DNA from: Eledone cirrhosa
Lineage: Eukaryota
DNA: 64,000 nucleotides
Assembly: GCA_964016885.1 (NCBI GenBank)
Contig: OZ024744.1
Location: forward strand, 124,310,001-124,374,000
Reading direction: 5' to 3'
Shown here: piece after piece, positions 45,001-56,206 of the stretch
Numbering within the stretch: the first letter of the stretch is position 1
Layout: every line of letters begins with the position of its first letter
The notes under the pieces: model-generated
Database searches by the model: none
What the model was told of the DNA's origin: nothing
Seen by the model: the letters and a program-made list of their open reading frames with translations, nothing else
Translations under genes and position numbers: made by a program

Positions 45001-48000
45001 GTATGTAGGACAATAGTCTGTAATAACTTGTCCAACCCATGTATGTAGGACAATAGTCTGTAATAACTTGTCCTACCCATGTATGTAGGACAATAGTCTG
45101 TAATAACTTGTCCAACCCATGTATGTAGGACAATAGTCTGTAATAACCTGTCCAACCCATGACAGGTAGGACAATAGTCTGTAATAGCTTGTCCAACCCA
45201 TGACAGGTAAGACAATAGTCTGTAATAACTTGTCCAACCCATGACAGGTAGGACAATAGTCTGTAATAACTTGTCCAACCCGTGACAGGTAGAACAATAG
45301 TCTGTAATAATTTGTCCAACCCATGACAGGTAGGACAATAGTCTGTAATAAATTGTTCAACCCATGTATGTAGGACAATAGGCTGTAATAACTTGTCCAA
45401 CCCATGTATGTACGACAATAGTCTGTAATAACTTGTCCAACCCATGTATGTAGGACAATAGTCTCTAATAACTTGTCCAACCCATGACAGGTAGGACAAT
45501 ACTCTGTAATAACATGTCCAACCCATGACAGGTAGGACAATAGTCTGTAATAACTTGTCCAACCCATGACAGGTAGGACAATAGTCTGTAATAACTTGTC
45601 CATCCCATGCCAGGTAGGATTAAAGTCTGTAATAATTTGTCCAACCCATGACAGGTAGGACAATAGTCTGTAATAACTTGTCCAACCCATGTATGTAGGA
45701 CAATAGTCTGTAATAACTTGTCCAACCCATGTATGTAGGACAATAGTCTGTAATAACTTGTCCAACCCATGTATGTAGGACAATAGTCTGTAATAACTTG
45801 TCCAACCCATGTATGTAGGACGATAGTCTGTAATAACTTGTCCAACCCATGACAGGTAGGACAATAGTCTGTAATAACTTGTCCAACCCATGTATGTAGG
45901 ACAATAGTTTGAATAACTTGTCCAACCCATGACAGGTAGGACAATAGTCTGTAATAACTTGTCCAACCCATGTATGTAGGACAATAGTCTGTAATAACTT
46001 GTCCAACCCATGTATGTAGGACAATAGTCTGTAATAACCTGTCCAACCCATGACAGGTAGGACAATAGTCTGTAATAACTTGTCCAACTCATGACAGGTA
46101 GGACAATAGTCTGTAATAGCTTGTCCAACCCATGACAGGTAAGACAATAGTCTGTAATAACTTATCCAACCCATGCCAGGTAGGACAATAGTCTGTAATA
46201 ACTTGTCCAACCCATGTATATAGGACAATAGACTGTAATAACTTGTCCAGCCCATGTATGTAGGACAATAGTCTGTAATAACTTGTCCAACCCATGACAG
46301 GTAGGACAATAGTCTGTAATAACTTGTCCAACCCATGTATATAGGAAAATAGACTGTAATAACTTGTCCAACCCATGACAGGTAGGACAATAGTCTGTAA
46401 TACCTTGTCCAACCAATGACAGGTAGGACAATAGTCTGTAATAACTTGTCCAACCCATGACAGGTTGGACAATAGTCTGTAATAACTTGTCCAACCTATG
46501 ACAGGTAGGACAATAGTCTGTAATAACTTGTCCAACCCATGTATGTAGGAGAATACTCTGTAATAACTTGTCCAACCCATGACAGGTAGTACAATAGTCT
46601 GTAATAACTTTTCCAACCCATGACAGGTAGGACAATAGTCTGTAAAAACTTGTCCAACCCATGACAGGTAGGACAATAGTCTGTAATAACTTGTGCAACC
46701 CATGTATGTAGGACAATAGTCTGTAATAACTTGTCCAACCCATGACAGGTAGGACAATAGTCTGTAATAACTTGTCCAACCCATGTATGTAGGACAATAG
46801 TCTGTAATAACTTGTCCAACCCACGTATGTACGACAATAGTGTGTAATAACTTGTCCGACCCATGTATGTAGGACAATAGTCTGTAATAACTTGTCCAAT
46901 CCATGACAGGTAGGACAATAGTCTGTAATAACTTGTCCAACCCATGTATGTAGGACAATAGTTTGTAATAACTTGTCCAACCCATGACAGGTAGGACAAT
47001 AGTCTGTAATAACTTGTCCAACCCATGTATGTAGGACAATAGTCTGTAATAACTTGTCCAACCCATGTATGTAGGACGATAGTCTGTAATAACTTGTCCA
47101 ACCCATGACAGGTAGGACAATAGTCTGTAATAACTTGTCCAACCCATGTATGTAGGACAATAGTTTGTAATAACTTGTCCAACCCATGACAGGTAGGACA
47201 ATAGTCTGTAATAACTTGTCCAACCCATGTATGTAGGACAATAGTCTGTAATAACTTGTCCAACCCATGTATGTAGGACAATAGTCTGTAATAACTTGTC
47301 CTACCCATGTATGTAGGACAATAGTCTGTAATAACTTGTCCAACCCATGTATGTAGGACAATAGTCTGTAATAACCTGTCCAACCCATGACAGGTAGGAC
47401 AATAGTCTGTAATAACTTGTCCAACTCATGACAGGTAGGACAATAGTCTGTAATAGCTTGTCCAACCCATGACAGGTAAGACAATAGTCTGTAATAACTT
47501 GTCCAACCCATGACAGGTAGGACAATAGTCTGTAATAACTTGTCCAACCCGTGACAGGTAGAACAATAGTCTGTAATAATTTGTCCAACCCATGACAGGT
47601 AGGACAATAGTCTGTAATAAATTGTTCAACCCATGTATGTAGGACAATAGGCTGTAATAACTTGTCCAACCCATGTATGTACGACAATAGTCTGTAATAA
47701 CTTGTCCAACCCATGACAGGTAGGACAATACTCTGTAATAACATGTCCAACCCATGACAGGTAGGACAATAGTCTGTAATAACTTGTCCAACCCATGTAT
47801 ATAGGACAATAGACGGTAATAACTTGTCCAGCCCATGTATGTAGGACAATAGTCTGTAATAACTTGTCCAACCCATGACAGGTAGGACAATAGTCTGTAA
47901 TAACTTGTCCAACCCATGTATATAGGACAATAGTCTGTAATAACTAGTCCAACCCATGCCAGGTAGGACAATAGTCTGTAATAACTTGTCCAACCCATGT

Positions 48001-51000
48001 ATATAGGACAATAGACTGTAATAACTTGTCCAACCCATGACAGGTAGGACAATAGTCTGTAATACCTTGTCCAACCAATGAGAGGTAGGACAATAGTCTG
48101 TAATAACTTGTCCAACCCATGACAGGTTGGACAATAGTCTGTAATAACTTGTCCAACCTATGACAGGTAGGACAATAGTCTGTAATAACTTGTCCAACCC
48201 ATGTATGTAGGAGAATACTCTGTAATAACTTGTCCAACCCATGACAGGTAGTACAATAGTCTGTAATAACTTTTCCAACCCATGACAGGTAGGACAATAG
48301 TCTGTAAAAACTTGTCCAACCCATGACAGGTAGGACAATAGTCTGTAATAACTTGTGCAACCCATGTATGTAGGACAATAGTCTGTAATAACTTGTCCAA
48401 CCCATGACAGGTAGGACAATAGTCTGTAATAACTTGTCCAACCCATGTATGTAGGACAATAGTCTGTAATAACTTGTCCAACCCACGTATGTACGACAAT
48501 ACTGTGTAATAACTTGTCCGACCCATGTATGTAGGACAATAGTCTGTAATAACTTGTCCAACCCATGTATGTAGGACAATAGTTTGTAATAACTTGTCCA
48601 ACCCATGACAGGTAGGACAATAGTCTGTAATAACTTGTCCAACCCATGTATGTAGGACAATAGTCTGTAATAACTTGTCCAACCCATGTATGTAGGACAA
48701 TAGTCTGTAATAACTTGTCCAACCCATGTCTGTAGGACAATAGTCTGTAATAACTTGTCCAACCCATGTATGTAGGACAATAGTCTGTAATAACCTGTCC
48801 AACCCATGACAGGTAGGACAATAGTCTGTAATAACTTGTCCAACTCATGACAGGTAGGACAATAGTCTGTAATAGCTTGCCCAACCCATGACAGGTAAGA
48901 CAATAGTCTGTAATAACTTGTCCAACCCATGACAGGTAGGACAATAGTCTGTAATAACTTGTCCAACCCGTGACAGGTAGAACAATAGTCTGTAATAATT
49001 TGTCCAACCCATGACTGGTAGGACAATAGTCTGTAATAATTTGTCCAACCCATGTATGTAGGTCAATAGCCTGTAATAACTTGTACAACCCATGATAGGT
49101 AGGACAATAGTCTGTAATAACTTGTCCAACCCATGACAGGTAGGTCAATAGTCTGTAATAACTTGTCCAACCCATGACAGGTAGGACAATAGTCTGTAAT
49201 AACTTGTCCAACCCATGTATGTAGGACAATAGTGTGTAATAACTTGTCCAACACATGACAGCTAGGACAATAGTGTGTAATAACTTGTCCAACCCATGTA
49301 TGTAGGACAATAGTCTATAATAACTTGTCCAACCCATGTATGTAGGACAATAGTCTGTAATAACTGGTCCAACCCATGTATGTACGACAATAGTGTGTAA
49401 TAACTTGTCCATCCCATGACAGGTAGGACAATAGTCTGTAATACCTTGTCCAACCAATGACAGGTAGGAAAATAGTCTGTAATAACTTGTCCAACCCATG
49501 ACAGGTAGGACAATAGTCTGTAATACCTTGTCCAACCAATGACAGGTAGGACAATAGTCTATAATAACTTGTCCAACCCATGACAGGTTGGACAATAGTC
49601 TGTAATAACTTGTCCAACCTATGACAGGTAGGACAATAGTCTGTAATAACTTGTCCAACCCATGTATGTAGGAGAATACTCTGTAATAACTTGTCCAACC
49701 CATGACAGGTAGTACAATAGTCTGTAATAACTTTTCCAACCCATGACAGGTAGGACAATAGTCTGTTAAAACTTGTCCAACCCATGACAGGTAGGACAAT
49801 AGTCTGTAATAACTTGTGCAACCCATGTATGTAGGACAATAGTCTGTAATAACTTGTCCAACCCATGACAGGTAGGACAATAGTCTGTAATAACTTGTCC
49901 AACCCATGTATGTAGGACAATAGTCTGTAATAACTTGTCCAACCCACGTATGTACGACAATAGTCTGTAATAACTTGTCCAACCCATGTATGTAGGACAA
50001 TAGTCTGTAATAACTTGTCCAACCTATGACAGGTAGGACAATAGTCTGTAATAACTTGTCCAACCCATGACAGGTAGGACAATAGTCTGTAATAACTTGT
50101 CCAACCCATGTATGTAGGACAATAGTTTGTAATAACTTGTCCAACCCATGACAGGTAGGACAATAGTCTGTAATAACTTGTCCAACCCATGTATGTAGGA
50201 CAGTAGTCTGTAATAACTTGTCCAACCCATGTATGTAGGACGATAGTCTGTAATAACTTGTCCAACCCATGACAGGTAGGACAATAGTCTGTAATAACTT
50301 GTCCAACCCATGTATGTAGGACAATAGTTTGTAATAACTTGTCCAACCCATGACAGGTAGGACAATAGTCTGTAATAACTTGTCCAACCCATGTATGTAG
50401 GACAATAGTCTGTAATAACTTGTCCAACCCATGTATGTAGGACAATAGTCTGTAATAACTTGTCCTACCCATGTATGTAGGACAATAGTCTGTAATAACT
50501 TGTCCAACCCATGTATGTAGGACAATAGTCTGTAATAACCTGTCCAACCCATGACAGGTAGGACAATAGTCGGTAATAACTTGTCCAACTCATGACAGGT
50601 AGGACAATAGTCTGTAATAGCTTGTCCAACCCATGACAGGTAAGACAATAGTCTGTAATAACTTGTCCAACCCATGACAGGTAGGACAATAGTCTGTAAT
50701 AACTTGTCCAACCCATGACAGGTAGAACAATAGTCTGTAATAATTTGTTCAACCCATGACAGGTAGGACAATAGTCTGTAATAAATTGTCCAACCCATGT
50801 ATGTAGGACAATAGGCTGTAATAACTTGTCCAACCCATGTATGTACGACAATAGTCTGTAATAACTTATCCAACCCATGCCAGGTAGGACAATAGTCTGT
50901 AATAACTTGTCCAACCCATGTATATAGGACAATAGTCTGTAATAACTAGTCCAACCCATGACAGGTAGGACAATAGTCTGTAATAACTTGTCCAACCCAT

Positions 51001-52533
51001 GACAGGTAGGACAATAGTCTGTAATAACTTGTCCAACCCATGCCAGGTAGGATAAAAGTCTGTAATAATTTGTCCAACCCATGACAGGTAGGACAATAGT
51101 CTGTAATAACTTGTCCAACCCATGTATGTAGGACAATAGTCTGTAATAAATTGTCCAACCCATGTATGTAGGACAATAGTCTGTAATAACTTGTCCAACC
51201 CATGACAGGTAGGACAATAGTCTGTAATAACTTGTCCAACCCATGTATGTAGGACAATAGTCTGTAATAACTTGTCCAACCCATGTATGTAGGACGATAG
51301 TCTGTAATAACTTGTCCAACCCATGTATGTAGGACAATAGTTTGAATAACTTGTCCAACCCATGACAGGTAGGACAATATTCTGTAATAACTTGTCCAAC
51401 CCATGTATGTAGGACAATAGTCTGTAATAACTTGTCCAACCCATGTATGTAGGACAATAGTCTGTAATAACCTGTCCAACCCATGACAGGTAGGACAATA
51501 GTCTGTAATAACTTGTCCAACTCATGACAGGTAGGACAATAGTCTGTAATAGCTTGTCCAACCCATGCCAGGTAGGACAATAGTCTGTAATAACTTGTCC
51601 AACCCATGTATATAGGACAATAGTCTGTAATAACTAGTCCAACCCATGACAGGTAGGACAATAGTCTGTAATAACTTGTCCAATCCATGTATATAGGACA
51701 ATAGTCTGTAATAACTTGTTCAACCCATGTATGTAGGACAATAGTCTGTAATATCTTGTCCAACCCATGACAGGTAGGACAATAGTCTGTAATAACTTGT
51801 CCAACCCATGTATGTAGGACAATAGTCTGTAATAACTTGTCCAACCCATGACAGGTAGGACAATAGTCTGTAATAACTAGTCCAACCCATGACAGGTAGG
51901 ACAATAGTCTGTAATAACTTGTCCAATCCATGTATATAGGACAATAGTCTGTAATAACTTGTCCAACCCATGTATGTAGGACAATAGTCTGTAATATCTT
52001 GTCCAACCCATGACAGGTAGGACAATAGTCTGTAATAACTTGTCCAACCCATGTATGTAGGACAATAGTCTGTAATAACTTGTCCAACCCATGACAGGTA
52101 GGACAATAGTCTGTAATAACTTGTCCAACCCATGTATGTAGGACAATAGTCTGTAATAACTTGTCCAACCCATGACAGGTAGGACAATAGTCTGTAATAA
52201 CTTGTCCAACCCATGACAGGTAGGGCAATAGTCTGTAATAACTTGTCCAACCCATGTATGTAGGACAATAGTCTGTAATAACTTGTCCAACCCATGACAG
52301 GTAGGACAATAGTCTGTAATAACTTGTCCAACCCATGACAGGTAGGACAATAGTCTGTAATAACTTGTCCAACCCATGACAGGTAGGACAATAGTCTGTA
52401 ATACATTGTCCAACCCATACCAGGTGGGACAATAGTCTGTAATAACTTGTCCATAGGTCAATAGCCTGTAATAACTTGTCCAACCCATGTATGAAGGACA
52501 ATAGTCTGTAATTACTTGTCTAGCCCATGCCAG
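1..52533. repeat. Satellite array of 40/41-bp monomers (types A and B), >52.5 kb, truncated by the left window edge; ~1,300 copies by length division
   Basis: Continuous head-to-tail copies of CCCAT[GACAGG|GTATG]TAGGACAATAGTCTGTAATAACTTGTCCAA, usually with 0-2 substitutions per unit. I saw no interrupting unique sequence. The last ~3 units (52395-52533) are more diverged. Confidence 0.99.
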
Positions 52534-52554
52534 TTTAGAAAACAATGATGATGA
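52510..52554 (+). mobile_element. Degenerate RTE-like retroelement 3' end with (GAT)n tail, fused to the last satellite unit
   Basis: ACTTGTCTAGCCCATGCCAGTTTAGAAAACAATGATGATGA parallels ...GTCTAACCCATGCTAGCATGGAA...GATGATGAT seen at 60115-60160 (+) and as the reverse complement at 54225-54290. Confidence 0.55.
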
Positions 52555-52590
52555 CATGTTTGTAATGAAAATGGTGATATTATTTGACAG

Positions 52591-52647
52591 GTCTTCCGGA
52601 AGCTTTTCTCTCTTGGAATGAGTGAATTAACCGAAGAGAAATTAATT
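52591..52647 (+). CDS. PIK3R4: Internal coding exon (57 nt, phase 0-0) of phosphoinositide 3-kinase regulatory subunit 4 / Vps15: VFRKLFSLGMSELTEEKLI
   Basis: tatttgacAG acceptor and GTAAGT donor. The peptide resembles recalled human PIK3R4 LLKKLLSQGMTEEEEDKLL and continues in phase into the downstream exons. Confidence 0.85.
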
Positions 52648-52721
52648 GTAAGTAGATTTTAACAGTTGCAAAATAATAAAAATAACAAAAAAAAACCAAC
52701 AGTGTGTATCCTTTTCTGTAC

Positions 52722-52860
52722 CCAAGCCAGATCTGGCATTCTCTACCACTCCCCTCCACAGCTAGATCTGTCCTGCTTTACCCCCTCCCACTCGCCTCCA
52801 ACCAGATCTGCCCTTTTCTTACCGTCCCTCACAACCAGACCTGCCCTTCTTCCCCCTCCC
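52722..52860. repeat. Degenerate ~35-bp pyrimidine-rich minisatellite (~4 copies)
   Basis: Recurrent core: ccagatctggc, ctagatctgtc, ccagatctgcc, ccagacctgcc, each followed by C/T-rich spacers. Confidence 0.5.
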
Positions 52861-52975
52861 CTATTTTCTCCTTATTTTACCTTTTACCTATCTTTCCCAT
52901 ATTTATGTAATCAAAGGTTTTTTAGCCAACTTTGTGAATATTTGTCATATATTACTAGAATTATCGTTTCTAATA

Positions 52976-53556
52976 TCTATATATATATAAAACTGAGGAT
53001 GTCTGTCTTTGTGTGTGAGTTTGAATCCCTAAAACTAGAGAACCACCCAACCGACTGTTTTCAAACTTTACACATGTAATACTAATGTTTCAGGGAGTGT
53101 TCTGAGCAAAAAGAAATTTCAAATTTTTAATGCCCTAGGCAATTTAGCGATCTCTCTCTATAATTCTTAGTCTTTCTCTTTTTAGATAGATACATATATA
53201 TAACGTCGCGCCCTTATAATATCTCTCTATATGTCTGGCTGTCTGCATTACGTCACTTCCTACAATTCGCTCTGCGTCCAGAACGCGCCCTTATAATATC
53301 TGTCTGTATGTCTGGCTGTCTGCTGCCTCCGATTATTCTGCCACTCTTGCTCAACACAAATCTCACACTCATTCCCCAAACAGTTGGTAAGTGCACACAA
53401 CTTCTTCCTCATGTTTTAAGCCACAGTGTTGCTTACTTATGTACCACCAGACCCTTACTTCTTTGCCAGCTGTGGTTGTGGCAATACTAAGCTTAGCTAA
53501 GGCAGTTATATATTTCACAATACCTTATCCCGTGCAACGCCAGGTACCACTGTTAG
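52976..53556 (+). mobile_element. Non-autonomous Helitron-like element
   Basis: Starts A|TCTATATATATAAAACTGAGGATGTCTGTC...CTAAAACTAGAGAACC...ACCGA. Ends with a GC-rich hairpin-like CCCGTGCAACGCCAGGTA followed by GTTAG|T (degenerate CTAG), inserted between A and T. Internal direct repeat at 53207-53246 / 53284-53323. Confidence 0.55.
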
Positions 53557-53933
53557 TACTTTATATCAGGGGCGAAGGGTCCGTGCATGCGTTATAGAAT
53601 CTTGAGTTGATCAATTGCGTCGGTTGAAGCAAGCAGAATTTTGGCTGCTTACTAAAACGTATAGACACAAAAAAGATAACACACATGCACACACACATAC
53701 ACACAAACACACAAACACACAACAGCTTTGGGGCAAGCAGAAATTAGACTGCTTACTAAATCGTAGACACATAGAAAGAGAACACACACTAGATAACACT
53801 ACATGCAGCTTTGACCGGGAGGATGATTTAGAGGGAATTGGGAGGTGTGGGGGTAAGGCTGCACAACACCACTTTCCGCCATGGCGATTGGACTGCATGC
53901 ACTGCTTTCCAGGTTACCCTTCGCCACTGCTTT

Positions 53934-54224
53934 AGATGGCATTGTGGTTAGGGTATTGGGTTTACAATCGTAAGGTTGTCAGTTCGATTCCTGGCGATGT
54001 GTTGTGTCCCTGAGCAAGACATTTTATTTCACGTTGCTCCAGTCCACTCGACTGGCAAAAATGAATTGTACATGTAATTCGAAGAGCTAGCATTGTCACA
54101 TTCTGTATGATGTTGAATCTCCCTGAGAACTACGTTAAGTACCCACATATCTGTGGAATGCTCAGTCACATGCACGTTAATTTTATGAGCAGGCTGTTCT
54201 GTTAATCGGATCAACTAGAACACT
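53934..54224 (+). mobile_element. tRNA-derived SINE
   Basis: A-box-like TGGCATTGTGG and B-box-like AGTTCGATTCC, followed by TGTGTCCCTGAGCAAGACATTTTATTTCACGTTGCTCC. A related second copy lies at 55990-56100. Confidence 0.7.
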
Positions 54225-55375
54225 CATCATCATCATCACGGTTTTACGTCCGTTCTTCCATGCTAGCATGGGTTAGACGGGTTGTCCTGTAGTGGGCAGT
54301 GCCCGGTCGGCTGACCTTGTCTTGCTCATAAGGGAACTGATTCTGGCTTGATTTCTACAGCTGGATGCCCTTCCTAACACCAACCTCATTTACAGTGGGT
54401 GCTGGGTGCTTTTTTGCCGTGGCACCTCCACGACCTCTTTGCAGTGGGAGGGTGTGGGGGCATATTGTCTATATGCTTCAGATTCTGCTTGTACCTATTG
54501 GGGGCCGGGTCTTCTGTATTACTGCATGACGCCAGAAGTCACGGTCGTATGTCATCGCTTTTGAGAGGTGTAATTGGGTAAAGTCGGCTTTTATCACCTC
54601 ATCCCAGGTCTTCGTGGGTCTCCCCACTCCGCGGTTTCCATTGACTTCTAGTGCTCTGCACCTTTTTATGCAGCTGTCATCCTTCATACGCATCACATGT
54701 CCATACCAACGTCACCGCCTCTCCTGGACATAGCATTTGATTCCTCTTATGCTCAGTCTCTCTCTCAATTCATTTATGCTTTGCCGTTCGCATATATTAC
54801 TATTACACATCCAATCTACACAAATCTTCCACAGGCAGTGCCCAGGTCTCACTACCATGTAACATCGCTGTTCGTATACACGCATCATACAGTCTGCCTT
54901 TCATTTTGAGGGAAAAGCCTTTTGCAGCTAGCAGTGGCAGTAGCTCCCTGAACTTCTTGCATCCTGTTCTTACCCTAGTTATTGTACTTTCCGAACACCC
55001 ACCTCTGCTGCTAATTTGGTCACCTAGGTAGCAGAAGCTGTCTACTGTTTCTACAGAGCCCTCCCAGAGTTTAGTGGTGCTTGTTTCCTGTGGCTGTTTG
55101 CTGCTTCCTGTCCCAGCACAGCTGCTACATGTGAAGCCTACATTCTTAGTTAAGCTTCCTGAGATCCCGCTACATCTCTTGTGAACCCATTGTTTGCATT
55201 TGGGGCAGAGAATGGAGTTCCTACCTACACCTTTCCTACATAGTGAGCAAGGCCATTTCCTTCAGGGGATCTGGGTTCTGTTTTCTCGTCTACTTACAAG
55301 GACCTTAGTCTTTGTCAGGTTGACTTTGAGACCTTTTGTTTCTAGTCCCTGCTTCCATGTTCGGAATTTCTTCTC
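54225..55375 (-). mobile_element. 5'-truncated RTE-clade LINE (C-terminal ORF remnant, 3' UTR and (GAT)n tail)
   Basis: Minus-strand translation gives GLKVNLTKTKVLV, a Cys/His finger (CSLC..CPKC..HKRC..CSSC), DSFCYLGD, and MRM...GRPTKTWDEVIKAD..DRDFWR. Ends in a CATCAT tail on the + strand. Confidence 0.85.
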
Positions 55376-55544
55376 TACACTCATCGTTGTAACTGACAGA
55401 GTGCTTCAGTTCAGTTTAAATGATTAAAATCTTATTTATCTTGAATTACCTGTTAATTAATCAGATAAATCAAACTTAGGTAAATTTTAAGTCTCACCAG
55501 GTGTGTATTTATGAGTTGTAACGGAGATTTTCCTTATGACATCA

Positions 55545-55800
55545 AGAAACACATACAGGCACTCACATATAGAAGCCCATGCACACATACAGCCACACAC
55601 ACACGCATACACTCGCATACAGAAACAGATACACACACACATATACACATACACAGACACACATACACAGACACACACACACAGACACACATACACACAG
55701 AAACACATACATACACACACACACACACAGACATACATATACACACAGAAACACACCGAAATACACACACACAACATACACAGAAACACAGACACACACC
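55545..55800. repeat. Imperfect (CA)n-rich microsatellite
   Basis: Mixed CA/CATA/CAGA units. Confidence 0.9.
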
Positions 55801-55989
55801 ACCAAGGTCAACTTTACCTTTCATCCAATCAAGGTCAATATAAAAGTGCCAGTCATGTACTGGAGTCTATACTCTCTCTGTATCTCTTCCTCACTTCCAT
55901 TCTCTCACCCTCTCTATCTTTGTCTGGTATTCAGACCTGGAGAGGAGAAGGGCTCCACCAGATTTAACAAATGCTGTATATCAATACAG

Positions 55990-56100
55990 TGAAGGCGTGC
56001 GGCTGAGTGGTTAGAGACCAGGATTTGCAATCGTGAAGTTGTGAGTTCAATTCCTGGACCAGGTGATGATTGAGCAAGACACTTTATTTCATGTTGCTCC
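55990..56100 (+). mobile_element. tRNA-derived SINE 5' fragment
   Basis: GGCTGAGTGGTTAG...GAGTTCAATTCC...TGAGCAAGACACTTTATTTCATGTTGCTCC, homologous to 53934-54040. Confidence 0.65.
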
Positions 56101-56206
56101 TTCTACCTGGAGTTGCGACCGATAGATAGTATTAACAATGGAAACAATTGGAAACATTGTTTCCTCGGTCCAATTTGACGAAAGTCAATCGACTGTCGTA
56201 TATCAA

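Noticed and set aside
1-52533. CRISPR array (palindromic ~35-nt repeat with variable linker)
   Set aside because: The linkers are only 5-6 nt, drawn from a few recurring alleles rather than unique spacers. There are no cas genes, and the context is a spliced eukaryotic gene with LINEs and SINEs.
262-52557. Dozens of long minus-strand ORFs (up to 1190 aa) as repeat proteins
   Set aside because: All three frames are equally open, the 40/41-bp units constantly shift frame, and stop variants are scattered. These are translations of the satellite.
53934-53995. tRNA gene
   Set aside because: It has A/B-box-like motifs but no complete cloverleaf, and continues into a SINE body repeated at 55990.
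55487-55992. Overlapping His/Thr- or Cys/Val-rich ORFs
   Set aside because: Translations of a CA microsatellite.
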